From a virus (taxonomy: Duplodnaviria > Caudoviricetes): DNA of 64,000 bases. Positions 55,306 to 64,000 of the stretch are shown one piece after another. The translations under genes were made by a program, and so were the position numbers. The first letter of the stretch is position 1; each line of letters opens with the position of its first letter. The notes under the pieces were generated by a model. It did no database searches and was not told where the DNA came from. It saw only the letters and a list, made by a program, of their open reading frames with translations. Location of the stretch: IMG/VR virus record IMGVR_UViG_3300037440_000558, positions 1 to 64,000 of that record; one strand, 5' to 3'.

Positions 55306-55735
55306 CCAGTCCGGTGGGGGGCGGGTAACCCGCCCCCACGCCGGATCGGCCAGACCCCCGGAAGGAGACAAGCCATGGAACGAACGTTCGAATACGAAGA
55401 GGTGACCTGGCGTCCCGACGCCGAAGTACATCTTAAGGTCCGCGAACAGACCAACGCCAAGCAGACCCGCACCACCATCGTGGCACTGACCTACGACGAG
55501 CTGCAGGAGCTGGTCATCGGGGCCACCGCAGAACTGATGCGGAAGCGCGGCCGGGCGGTCTACACCCGCCACTCGGAAGACACCCACGTCCGCCCGCACC
55601 CCAACATCGAGGCAGCCCGCGACCAGGCAGCCACCCGGAACGCGCAGCGGTACGGGACCGACCCCAGTTGGTACGGCTGCTGACCAGTCCGGTCGGGGAC
55701 GGGCAACCCCCGCCCCCGCGCCGGATCGGCCAGAC
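55301..55735 (+). repeat. about 55-bp intergenic direct repeat, two copies (55301-55355, 55679-55735)
   Basis: GCTGACCAGTCCGGT-GGGG..CGGG.AACC.CGCCCC..CGCCGGATCGGCCAGAC. Confidence 0.9.
55375..55683 (+). CDS. hypothetical protein
   Basis: SD GAAGGAG; VALTYDELQELVI.A.A.LMRKRG. Confidence 0.65.
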   Translation: MERTFEYEEVTWRPDAEVHLKVREQTNAKQTRTTIVALTYDELQELVIGATAELMRKRGRAVYTRHSEDTHVRPHPNIEAARDQAATRNAQRYGTDPSWYGC

Positions 55736-55764
55736 ACCCTGACCGACCCCCCAGAGGAGGAATC

Positions 55765-56994
55765 ATGGGAGCACGGAACGCAACCCTTGAGCAGCTCGCC
55801 GAACTGCTCCGCGACGAGCACGCCCGGAAGCTGGACGTCGTCGTCCCCGCAATCGGGATCGAGATGACCGACGGGAACCTCACTCTCCGCGGCGTCGAGG
55901 CCGAACTGACCGAAGACGGGGTCACCCCCGTCGACGGCAACTACACCCCGACCGCGGTCTGCGACAGCGGGCTGGCCGACCGGCTCGGCATCCCACCCGG
56001 GTATTACAACCGGATGCGCCGCGACCACGTCGAACTGCTCGGTAAGAACGTCAACGGCTGGCTCAAGGACGCGGCACAGGAAGGCCGGAAGTACCTGGTC
56101 CGGACCTTCCGCGGCGACGGTGGCGGCCCGGGGATCGCGCGGGCGTTCCTCACGGACTCGTACCGGCCGATCGACAACCTGGACGTGCTGATGGCCGCCC
56201 TGGACGGCGTGAAGCAGGCCGGCGCCCCGGTGAAGATCGAGGCATGTGACCTGACCGAGACCCGGATGCGGGTCAGGGTCTGGTCGGATGAGGTCGTGGC
56301 GTGGGCACCGAAGCTGCTGGAGCGTTACCGGTCGCCGTTCGACAACGGCGGCGGGATCGTCCGGGCCGGTGACTGGGTGCCGGAGAACAATGGCCCGATC
56401 CGCGACGAGAACGTCGCCCGGTGGATGCGGGTGGCTGACGCTGAGGGGCAGGGGTACAAGCCGGGGACCGAGCCGATCGTGTTCGGTGGGTTTGAGATCT
56501 CCAACTCGGAAGTCGGCCGGGGTAGGTTCCAGATCGTCCCGCGGATCGTTGTCCGGATCTGCCGTAACGGGCTCACCTTCCCGATGGATGCGTTCGCGCG
56601 GCAGCACCTCGGGGCGAAGCTGGACGCCGGGGTCATCAAGTGGGGTGACGACACCCAGCAGAAGAACCTGGACGTGGTGACATTGCAGGCGCGAGACGCG
56701 GTCCGGACTTTCCTGGACGTCGACTACGTCACCAAGAAGATCCAGCAGCTGGAGGCCAAGGCCGACACTCCAGTTGGGGACCCGGCGAAGGCCGTCGAGT
56801 TCATCTCCAAGAAGCTGCGGTACACCGAGGACCGGCAGGCTGACATCCTGGCGCACTTCATCCGCGGCGGGCAGATGACCGCCGGTGGTGTCCTGAACGC
56901 GATGACCTCGCTGGCACAGGCAGTAGATGACGCCGACGCGGCGTCCGAGCTGGAAGCCGACGCGGTCCGCGCGATGGAGCTGGTGGCCGCGTAG
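55765..56994 (+). CDS. DUF932-family protein
   Basis: QLADRLGIP-like LADRLGIP..YY, RAFL.DSY..IDN, GFEISNSEVG.G, R.VC.NG-like VRICRNG. Confidence 0.75.
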   Translation: MGARNATLEQLAELLRDEHARKLDVVVPAIGIEMTDGNLTLRGVEAELTEDGVTPVDGNYTPTAVCDSGLADRLGIPPGYYNRMRRDHVELLGKNVNGWLKDAAQEGRKYLVRTFRGDGGGPGIARAFLTDSYRPIDNLDVLMAALDGVKQAGAPVKIEACDLTETRMRVRVWSDEVVAWAPKLLERYRSPFDNGGGIVRAGDWVPENNGPIRDENVARWMRVADAEGQGYKPGTEPIVFGGFEISNSEVGRGRFQIVPRIVVRICRNGLTFPMDAFARQHLGAKLDAGVIKWGDDTQQKNLDVVTLQARDAVRTFLDVDYVTKKIQQLEAKADTPVGDPAKAVEFISKKLRYTEDRQADILAHFIRGGQMTAGGVLNAMTSLAQAVDDADAASELEADAVRAMELVAA

Positions 56995-57072
56995 GTCGGA
57001 TGGCCCACCCCCCGCAGGTTGGGGGGTGGGCGTTTCCGATCTCCACACGGAGACCAGGAAGGAGCAACCCCC

Positions 57073-57786
57073 ATGGCCAACAGGAAGACCAGCCTGCAGC
57101 ACCTGGTAGACCGGTGCCGGGCTGTCGGCTGGCGGGTCGACCAGACCAGCAACGGCCACTACAAGGTGTTCAACCACGCGGGTCAGACTTTCACCCTGGG
57201 TGGGACGGGCAGCAAATCATCTGCCCTGGTGAACGAGAGACTCGCCAACAGATATGGTCTCAAAACCGCCGAGCGGATGATGGAGACGAAACCAGCAGCC
57301 GAACCACAACAGCCACCGTTGGTGTTGGGTGGCGGTGACCGGGTGGACGGGCAGGCGGTGATCAACCGTCAACCGGCTATCCTGGCCACCGTGTTGGCGT
57401 CCGGTCCGCTGCGGGACACCGAACAGGTGCAACTGGAGGACGGGTCGACCGTCTACCAGTGCACCTCCTGCGGTGACACCCGCAATAGCGTGCTTTCGGC
57501 CCGGGGACACCAAGCCAACCACACCCGGAGGCAGAAGAAAGCCGCAGCCGAGCAGGAGGCACCCGAGCCCGCGCCGGCTGCTCCGAAACCGACGGCGGCC
57601 AAACGGAACCGGTCCGCGACCCCACCGGGGCGGCAGGCACCGGCGGCCGGGACATCCGAGACCCGGATGGTGGTGTACGATTTCCCGTTGCGGCCGGACC
57701 TGATGGTCCGGTTGACCTTGCCAGTCGACCTGACTGAGAAGGAAGCCGCCCGGCTGGTGGGGTTCGCCCGCACACTGGCGTTCTAG
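57073..57786 (+). CDS. hypothetical protein (HicA-like N-terminus, C2H2-like finger)
   Basis: GWRVDQTSNGHYKVF; CTSC...GHQANH. Confidence 0.6.
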   Translation: MANRKTSLQHLVDRCRAVGWRVDQTSNGHYKVFNHAGQTFTLGGTGSKSSALVNERLANRYGLKTAERMMETKPAAEPQQPPLVLGGGDRVDGQAVINRQPAILATVLASGPLRDTEQVQLEDGSTVYQCTSCGDTRNSVLSARGHQANHTRRQKKAAAEQEAPEPAPAAPKPTAAKRNRSATPPGRQAPAAGTSETRMVVYDFPLRPDLMVRLTLPVDLTEKEAARLVGFARTLAF

Positions 57787-57799
57787 CCAGCCACGCCCC

Positions 57800-57828
57800 C
57801 ACCCCCCCGGGAGATCCCCGGGGGGGTG
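57800..57828. terminator. hairpin at the convergence of opposing operons
   Basis: CACCCCCCCGGG-agatc-CCCGGGGGGGTG. Confidence 0.6.
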
Positions 57829-58045
57829 GTCAGTGTTGGCGGGTCGACCACCGCACCGACCCTACCGCCGTAGGCTTGGCACCGTTGGCACAACCCCCAC
57901 ACCCGGGCCACAACTGCTGGTCCCCAGATGGGGACCTTCCACCCGGCGGCAGTGCCAAGGTCATGGATGGTCCGGACCGCGACGGCCGGCGACAGGATGA
58001 GCCGGCTGGCGCATCCGAACGTCTGGCAGGTCAGCGTGGTGCTGT

Positions 58046-58714
58046 TCATGCGACGACCGCCGCGGGTGGCCGGCCGCCGGTGTTGGCGTCGTGCAGCCGG
58101 TACAACCAGGTCCGTTCAGGCAGGTGGTGGAACTGTGCCCCGGCGTCAAGCAGATGCAGCAGAAGCCCGAAATCTTCACAGTCGCTGCTGATATTCCCAG
58201 GTGAGGCCCTAAATCGCCCTGGTTGGGGGAACCCGCCGACCCTGGTGACCAGCTCCCGCCTGACCACATGGGTCACGGGGATGAACCCGCCGCGGTGGCG
58301 TAGCCACCACTCTTGTTCCGGGCCGAACGGGACGCCGAACGGCGATACCACCCTGCCGTTCTGCAGGGTGGCCAGCGGGTCACGTTGGCCGGCGAAATCC
58401 GGGTACGGGTACACTAAGTCGGCGCCGGTCTGTTCGGCTGCGTCCAGACAAGCCTGGAGGTGGTCCGGGTATAGGATATCGTCGTCGTCCAGGAATGCGA
58501 CCCATTCGGTGGTCACCCGCTGCAACGCCTTGTTCCGGGTGGTGGTGGCACCTTCGCGGTCCCGGTCGAGCTGCATCACGTACCCGGGGAACGCCTGCTC
58601 CGGATGTGCCACCCATTCGGTCTGGTCCAGCACCGACTGGGTGGCTGCCCGCAGTAGATCCTCCCGCCCGGGGATGGTCGGGATGATCACCGTCACCGAC
58701 CGGTTAAACACCAC
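58046..58714 (-). CDS. glycosyltransferase family 2
   Basis: VTVIIPTI, GATTTRN, WVAFLDDDD, EDF. Confidence 0.9.
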   Translation of the reverse strand: MVFNRSVTVIIPTIPGREDLLRAATQSVLDQTEWVAHPEQAFPGYVMQLDRDREGATTTRNKALQRVTTEWVAFLDDDDILYPDHLQACLDAAEQTGADLVYPYPDFAGQRDPLATLQNGRVVSPFGVPFGPEQEWWLRHRGGFIPVTHVVRRELVTRVGGFPQPGRFRASPGNISSDCEDFGLLLHLLDAGAQFHHLPERTWLYRLHDANTGGRPPAAVVA

Positions 58715-59015
58715 CTGGACCCTCCCCTACGACAGCTACGCTGCGGACCCGGAATTGCACGTTCAACCGGTCCGGGTGGTAACACGCCCACGTCTCACCT
58801 GGTTTCAACGTCGCCCCGGCTGGTGGCCGCGCGTCGGCGGGCCACCGGTGTCCGTACTCCAACGTGTCCTCACATGCCTGCACTGCGGCAGCCAGGGTGT
58901 ACGCCACCCCGATATACTTCGTGTCCCTAGCCACCCCCAATCCGAGGTTGAGTGTTGCTTCTTCTGTCGCCACGTAGACGAACAACTGCCTGCCTCCTAA
59001 GAACGCCCCAACCAC
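58704..59015 (-). CDS. hypothetical protein
   Basis: Fills the gap between two GT genes with short overlaps. Confidence 0.5.
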   Translation of the reverse strand: MVGAFLGGRQLFVYVATEEATLNLGLGVARDTKYIGVAYTLAAAVQACEDTLEYGHRWPADARPPAGATLKPGETWACYHPDRLNVQFRVRSVAVVGEGPGGV

Positions 59016-59641
59016 CTGAACAGGGCCGTATCGTACGGGTACAAGCCGACATCTCGCTGTGGCGCGGCAGACCCCGGTGTCGGCCCGAGTGTATGCCCAT
59101 CCCAGAAGTCATAGTAGTACAGGCACCGGTCGATGTATACCGTATCCCACACCGGGTGTACCCGGATCAGACCCTCCAACCACCGGAAATCTCCCCCGGG
59201 CTGGTCGGTGAACTGGGGGGCCGACAACACCAGATCCCTGCGGATCGGGCATTTCAAGCTGATATGCCGCAGCCAAGTCCCGGAGTGGTTCTGCCCGCGG
59301 GCCGGGTCGTGGATTATCTCAGCTTGGTATACCCCGTCGCGGGTGTACAGGATCCGGTAGCCGACGAAGTCGGGAACGGCCTGCCGCCAGATACCCGCCA
59401 TCACGGCGCTGACATAGTCCGGGGTGACCAGATCGTCGTCGTCGACCGAGACCACGAACCGGCCCCGGGCAGTGTGGAACATCTCGTTGCATTTCGTGCC
59501 CACACCCACCCGGTCGTCAGCATGGACCAACACCTCGACCTGGCCGGCGAACACCTGGACCTGCGGTTCGAGCGTCCACAGCAGCCGCGACAGCAACGAC
59601 CGGCGGGAACTGACCGTCGGTATCAGGATACTCAGCTCCAC
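58997..59641 (-). CDS. glycosyltransferase family 2-like
   Basis: LSILIPT, VGTKCN, FVVSVDDDD, GGDFRW. Confidence 0.8.
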   Translation of the reverse strand: MELSILIPTVSSRRSLLSRLLWTLEPQVQVFAGQVEVLVHADDRVGVGTKCNEMFHTARGRFVVSVDDDDLVTPDYVSAVMAGIWRQAVPDFVGYRILYTRDGVYQAEIIHDPARGQNHSGTWLRHISLKCPIRRDLVLSAPQFTDQPGGDFRWLEGLIRVHPVWDTVYIDRCLYYYDFWDGHTLGPTPGSAAPQRDVGLYPYDTALFRWLGRS

Positions 59642-60297
59642 AGGTGTTTCCTAGCCCGGTACAGGGCACGGTCGGCGTCGTGCCACCGTTCGTTGTCGGT
59701 GTAGGTACGGTCGCTGGGGGATTTCCGCACAGTCGGGTGCAGGTGTTCGGTGACCGCGTCCGCAGCGTACGCCCACACCCGCCGGTGTTTGGCTGTCTCG
59801 TTCAGCTCGTTGTCCGCGTAGTTCTTACGGTACCCAGGGTGGAACACCATCCCGGGGTACCCGACAGACAGCCCATGCTGCACGGCGTAGGGCCGGTGGA
59901 CCAGCCACGTCACCGACCATTCGGTTTCTGGTGGCCGCAGCAGGTCGTTCAAACCGATCACTTCGGCGCCGGTCCGGTTGGCGCAATCCAACGCAGCAGC
60001 CAACCACCCGGGGTGGTACCGGATATCGTCCTGGCCGACCACCACCCACTCGGTGGTGGTGACGGCAAACCCGAGATTGGTGGCGGTCACCCCGGACGGT
60101 TCGACCGTCGTATCTAGAACCACCGCCAACGACCCGGCCACACCCACTTGAGACAGGGCATGGTGTGTGGCCGGGTCGGCGGTGTGGCGCACCACCACTG
60201 GTATGGCCCCAGGTGTGCCCCACAGCTCGTCGAGGACCCTCAGCAGCGAATCTGGCCGGCGGTAGGTCGGGATAACTACCTGAACAGCTTGGCCCAT
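59632..60297 (-). CDS. glycosyltransferase family 2-like
   Basis: VVIPTYRRP, ATNLG, GQDD, YADNEL. Confidence 0.8.
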   Translation of the reverse strand: MGQAVQVVIPTYRRPDSLLRVLDELWGTPGAIPVVVRHTADPATHHALSQVGVAGSLAVVLDTTVEPSGVTATNLGFAVTTTEWVVVGQDDIRYHPGWLAAALDCANRTGAEVIGLNDLLRPPETEWSVTWLVHRPYAVQHGLSVGYPGMVFHPGYRKNYADNELNETAKHRRVWAYAADAVTEHLHPTVRKSPSDRTYTDNERWHDADRALYRARKHLWS

Positions 60298-61325
60298 GCG
60301 GTCGCGGCCTCCTTAAATATGACCAACCACGGTTGCCCGGGGTGGCGGGGGTTGCTGTCGGGGACCCGCGGGCAACCTGGTAGGTGGTCGGGGAGTTGAC
60401 TGACCAGTTCGGTGTAGCAGTCGGCTACGGCATTGCTGCCCGGATTAACCGGCCGCAGGGTGATATCCGCTACCGCTTGCCATAGGTGCTCGTTCATCTC
60501 CATCCCTGGTGTCTGCTTCAACAGGTTGACGTATACGTCGGACTGCTTCCGATGGCGCACTGACGGCGCGCCGGACCGGACCGCGTAACCGAGATGGTCG
60601 CAGACCTTCTTGACCAGGACACCAGCCCAGATATCATCGAACTGGTCGAACCCGTAGGCCGGCCCGAACAGGCCGAAATACAGTGCGGGGGTGAGCGCGG
60701 GCCGCCACGCAAGGTTCATCCCGCACATGGGGAAGAACACCCCCCGGGGGATGGCTTGGGTTGTGCCCGCGGGTGTAGGTGGTAGCCGCAGGTCGGGATA
60801 ATGTAACCAGGTGGGGGCGTCCAGGTCGGGAACCCCGGACCACAACCCGTGGCTCAGCCAGGTCTCATGTATTCCCCGGATCCGGTAAGGGAACCCGCGT
60901 GCAGGTGGTCCGCCGGAGAAGGTGTCAACCCACTCGGTGGTGGCGTGGTTGGCCAACGCCTGCCGGTGGCCGGCGATCCAATAGGGGACCATGGATTCCG
61001 GGTAGCAGTCGTTGTCCAACGTCAGGACGATGTCACCCACATCGGCCATCTGCCCCGCTATGTAATAGCCGAACGACCGACACGCCGAGCTGTTCGACGG
61101 GACAATCCATGACAGATCGCCGAGCTCTCGCTCGATTGCTGCCCGGTCGTAGGCGAGGATCTCCATTCCCCTCCCACTGAGTTTGTCCAAATCTTCCCCG
61201 GGCAGTGGCCCGGTGTCCTGGACCACAATCACCCGGACATCCCGGTCACGGTGGAACTCCGTATCCCACACCCCCAGGAACCGCAGATGGGGTAGATGGT
61301 TAGGCACTACCACATATGCTGTCAC
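60276..61325 (-). CDS. RGP / UDP-arabinopyranose mutase-like protein (GT75)
   Basis: SACRSFGY, TLDNDC, RGFPY, SHGLWSGVPDLDAPT, FPMCGMNLA, ALYFGL, FDDIWAG...VCDHLG match plant RGP motifs. Confidence 0.9.
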   Translation of the reverse strand: MTAYVVVPNHLPHLRFLGVWDTEFHRDRDVRVIVVQDTGPLPGEDLDKLSGRGMEILAYDRAAIERELGDLSWIVPSNSSACRSFGYYIAGQMADVGDIVLTLDNDCYPESMVPYWIAGHRQALANHATTEWVDTFSGGPPARGFPYRIRGIHETWLSHGLWSGVPDLDAPTWLHYPDLRLPPTPAGTTQAIPRGVFFPMCGMNLAWRPALTPALYFGLFGPAYGFDQFDDIWAGVLVKKVCDHLGYAVRSGAPSVRHRKQSDVYVNLLKQTPGMEMNEHLWQAVADITLRPVNPGSNAVADCYTELVSQLPDHLPGCPRVPDSNPRHPGQPWLVIFKEAATAWAKLFR

Positions 61326-62167
61326 TTAACGCTCCTGACCCACCCCATGGTCCGGTGGACCCCCTCTTCCCACCTGACCCGTGGTGTCCAGCCGCGGACC
61401 GCGTGGACAGTTCGGTTGTCGTTGACCACCCGGGAGATGTCTCCCGGGATGCCGGCCACCCGGCGGGTGTTGTGGTATCGCAGATGGTTTAGCAGCTGCT
61501 GGATAGTTAGTTCGTTGTCCGGCCCACCGCCGACGTTGTAGGTGTTACCTTTGTACGCGTCGAAATGCTCTACCTGGTCGATCAACAGATCCACATAGTC
61601 ATCTACATACAAGACATCCCGGCTGTTAGACGGGTCGACCCACAGGTCGATCTGTTTCCCGGCCACGGCGCAGCGGATGAAGTGGGTAACCCACCCGCCA
61701 TCTGCGGTCCCGTCCTGTCCTGGCCCGTAGACGCTGGACGGCCGGTTCACCACACAACGCACGCCGTACAACTCGGCATACATCTGCAGGTACAACTCAC
61801 CGACCAGTTTGGACATCCCGTAGGGGGTGATTAAGCGATCCTCGCCGGGAGTAACCTTCATTGTGGAAGTGTAGACCACGGGCAGTTCCCAAAGGCGGGC
61901 TGCTTCGCAGACGTTGAACGTTCCCACGGTGTTGTCTAGGAAATCGCTGGCCGGGTTCCTCAGGGACCGCTGCGAGGAACAGTTCGCACCCAGGTGTACG
62001 ATGAGCGCTGGATGGCGCCGCAAGATCACCCGTTCGAGCTCCGGCCAGTCCGCGGTCGACACGCCGGTGATCTTGTCGATCCCGATAGCCTCATGGTCTG
62101 CGGACAGCCGCCTACGCAGGTGCCTGCCGATGAAACCGTCCGCACCTGTCACCAAGATCCCGCTCAT
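61322..62167 (-). CDS. NAD-dependent nucleotide-sugar epimerase/dehydratase (extended SDR)
   Basis: LVTGADGFIG, TPYGMSK (YxxxK), VYGPGQ, YNVGGG. Confidence 0.9.
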   Translation of the reverse strand: MSGILVTGADGFIGRHLRRRLSADHEAIGIDKITGVSTADWPELERVILRRHPALIVHLGANCSSQRSLRNPASDFLDNTVGTFNVCEAARLWELPVVYTSTMKVTPGEDRLITPYGMSKLVGELYLQMYAELYGVRCVVNRPSSVYGPGQDGTADGGWVTHFIRCAVAGKQIDLWVDPSNSRDVLYVDDYVDLLIDQVEHFDAYKGNTYNVGGGPDNELTIQQLLNHLRYHNTRRVAGIPGDISRVVNDNRTVHAVRGWTPRVRWEEGVHRTMGWVRSVK

Positions 62168-63186
62168 GTGGCCCCCAAACCGTAGGCTGCCACCCACTGC
62201 GACCAATGCTGCTGGATCGTGTACTGCTCGGCCAGCTTCCGCGCGTCACGACCCATTGCCTCCCGCATCGGCCGGTCGTTGACCAGGTCCCGCAGATACC
62301 GTCCGAACTGATATGGCTGTTTCGCTAGATAACCGGTCACCCCATGCTGTACGAACTCCCGGTAGGGCGGTTCGTCCGACGCCACCACCGGGATCCCCCG
62401 GGCGGCGTACTCCAACGCCTTGATGTACGACTTCGAGTTGTTGAACGTCGTCCTGGTCAACGGGGCGATCCCAATGTCGAACGACAGGTGCTGGTAGTAC
62501 GTGGTCAGGTCGGGAATCCACTCAATCGACGCACACGGGACCGGCAGGTTGTAGCTGGTGCCGAGGAACACGTACAGCAGGTTCCGTTGCCGCTGCCCCA
62601 ACAGGACCAGCTGGTCCCGGACCAGGTTGAAATCCCGGTCGTGGGTCGGGCTGGAAGTGTACCCGACCGTGACCATATCAGGCCACTCGATCGACTTCTC
62701 ATCCCGGCCCCGGATGTCCAGCGGCACCCCCGGCAGGGTGAACACCTCCTGGTCAATGTAGTTCGGCAGAACCACCACATCCGAGTTGTACCGGCGTATC
62801 TGTTCAGCCAACGGCTCGGTTGACACCGTCACCCGGTCGGCCACCCTGAGGCAACCTTCCATCACGTCGACGGTTTCCGGGTGGCTGTAGAAGTAGTATG
62901 GCCGCTCCGAAGACGGGTCGATGTTGAACACGTCGTCATCGACCTCATACACCAGCATATTCCGGCGGCGGCGTGCCAAATGTTGCCACATGATCGCCGG
63001 GCCGGTTTTGCCGATCCGCTGCCCAACGATCACCAGGTGGGTGTTCCGATGGTCGCCCAGTTTCTGAGCGTACTCCGCCGGATATCCGTGGTGGCGCAGC
63101 TGGTCCAGCGGCAGCTTGACCCGGTAATGGAAGCAGCCACCTTCGTCAGCTGCCCACCCGAACACACCCGTTGGGGTGTCGACCAT
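62164..63186 (-). CDS. glycosyltransferase, GT-B fold (GT4-like)
   Basis: YEVDDD, DIGIAPL....FN.SKSYIKALEYAARGIPVVASD..PY. Confidence 0.9.
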   Translation of the reverse strand: MVDTPTGVFGWAADEGGCFHYRVKLPLDQLRHHGYPAEYAQKLGDHRNTHLVIVGQRIGKTGPAIMWQHLARRRRNMLVYEVDDDVFNIDPSSERPYYFYSHPETVDVMEGCLRVADRVTVSTEPLAEQIRRYNSDVVVLPNYIDQEVFTLPGVPLDIRGRDEKSIEWPDMVTVGYTSSPTHDRDFNLVRDQLVLLGQRQRNLLYVFLGTSYNLPVPCASIEWIPDLTTYYQHLSFDIGIAPLTRTTFNNSKSYIKALEYAARGIPVVASDEPPYREFVQHGVTGYLAKQPYQFGRYLRDLVNDRPMREAMGRDARKLAEQYTIQQHWSQWVAAYGLGAT

Positions 63187-63191
63187 TCCTT

Positions 63192-63449
63192 CTACTCCTC
63201 TGATCTCAGTTCGGCTGCCGTCGTCTCGGCCTGCTCGCATTGTGTCGCATATGAGAGCATCCCGAGTGAATCCCACGCCATGACATCGGGCGCAACCAGG
63301 GTCCATACCATCCGCCGACCGTCATCTGCCTGGATGACCTCAGCGAGCAGGACCCACTTGGTGGTCATATCACCGTGGGTGCGGAGCACCGCCGAGATGG
63401 CTTGATCCAACTCGGCGATGATCCGCTTCTTGAGTTCCGGGTCGACCAT
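63192..63449 (-). CDS. hypothetical protein
   Basis: TAATG-coupled to the upstream gene; KWVLLAEV...MAWDSLGML. Confidence 0.55.
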   Translation of the reverse strand: MVDPELKKRIIAELDQAISAVLRTHGDMTTKWVLLAEVIQADDGRRMVWTLVAPDVMAWDSLGMLSYATQCEQAETTAAELRSEE

Positions 63450-64000
63450 TACCCGGAGTACACCACCGTCATACCGGTGGCCTCGCCGATCTGCCGGATG
63501 ACCGCGTCGAACGCCCCGTCGATCACTTCCTCGACTGCGGTCAGTTTCACTCCCATCGACAGCTGTCCCTCCCGGATCTGGTACCGCAGGCGGGCGGTCA
63601 CCGAATCGGCAACCTCCGCCCGCCGGAACACCGGCACCGCCAATTGCAGCTTCTCCGGGATCGTCAGGTTGCCCTTCGTCCCACCAGCCGCTTGGATGTT
63701 CTCGGTGTAGACGAGCTGCCGCTGCCCGGTCGCCAGGACCAGTCCGGACTTGAAATCGACCTTGGTGGTCGCGTGGAACGACTGCACCAGTTCGTACACC
63801 TCGGCAGCTGCTGGCTCTTGGATGGTCTGGCGCCACTCCTCGATGTGCTCGGCGAACTCCCCCTGAGACATCAGCTGGTTGTTGATCTGCATCCAGGCAG
63901 CCATCGCTTCCGAATATTGCAGCTTCATCTCGAGGGTGTGCTGCTCCCACCGCGGGCCGTTGATCAGGTGCGCGTCTAACACCGCGGTCACTGTCAACCG
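63449..64000 (-). CDS. DUF2303 (YfdQ-like) family protein, 5' truncated
   Basis: SQ.EFAEHIEE, F.AT..V.FKSG, IPE...LA.PVF, ARLRY.I. Confidence 0.8.
   Translation of the reverse strand, partial: RLTVTAVLDAHLINGPRWEQHTLEMKLQYSEAMAAWMQINNQLMSQGEFAEHIEEWRQTIQEPAAAEVYELVQSFHATTKVDFKSGLVLATGQRQLVYTENIQAAGGTKGNLTIPEKLQLAVPVFRRAEVADSVTARLRYQIREGQLSMGVKLTAVEEVIDGAFDAVIRQIGEATGMTVVYSG

Noticed and set aside
55036-57177. 713-aa minus-strand ORF
   Set aside because: Antisense shadow of the DUF932 gene and its neighbours in high-GC DNA; the + strand genes have SDs and family motifs.

Overview
64 kb of a high-GC, long-tailed (siphovirus-type) phage or prophage, most likely of an actinobacterium. Host evidence: an L5-type G GGA AAA tail-chaperone frameshift, many leaderless TAnnnT promoters, an LPxTG-type protein and actinophage-style holins. 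The left arm (1-12.4 kb) holds small hypothetical genes, a tRNA-like RNA with an expanded anticodon arm, adenylosuccinate lyase (purB), a HAD hydrolase, a JAB/MPN peptidase, a holin-like gene and a GT2. The virion module (12.5-47 kb) runs terS, terL, portal, MuF, scaffold, major capsid, head-tail connectors, major tail, frameshifted chaperones, tape measure, minor tails and membrane proteins. The head region is expanded by six genes carrying an N-terminal RRW.P..HPR...G.F tag (or a variant) fused to different domains: ParB-like, ART-like plus Sm-like, HipA/PI3K-like kinase, acidic, HExxH peptidase and coiled-coil. Most also carry a W...SD/E..G helix resembling the scaffold C-terminus. Protamine-like microproteins and an inverted cassette of structural genes are interspersed. 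The right arm holds a sortase-type collagen-like surface protein, a DUF4352-like membrane protein, a SLOG protein, an XRE regulator and an early operon (DUF932) with repeated intergenic hairpins. It ends in a leftward glycosylation cluster: three GT2s, a GT4, an SDR epimerase and a plant-type RGP/UDP-arabinopyranose mutase. No integrase, DNA polymerase, endolysin or CRISPR array is recognisable. All calls come from reading motifs by eye; no searches were run.
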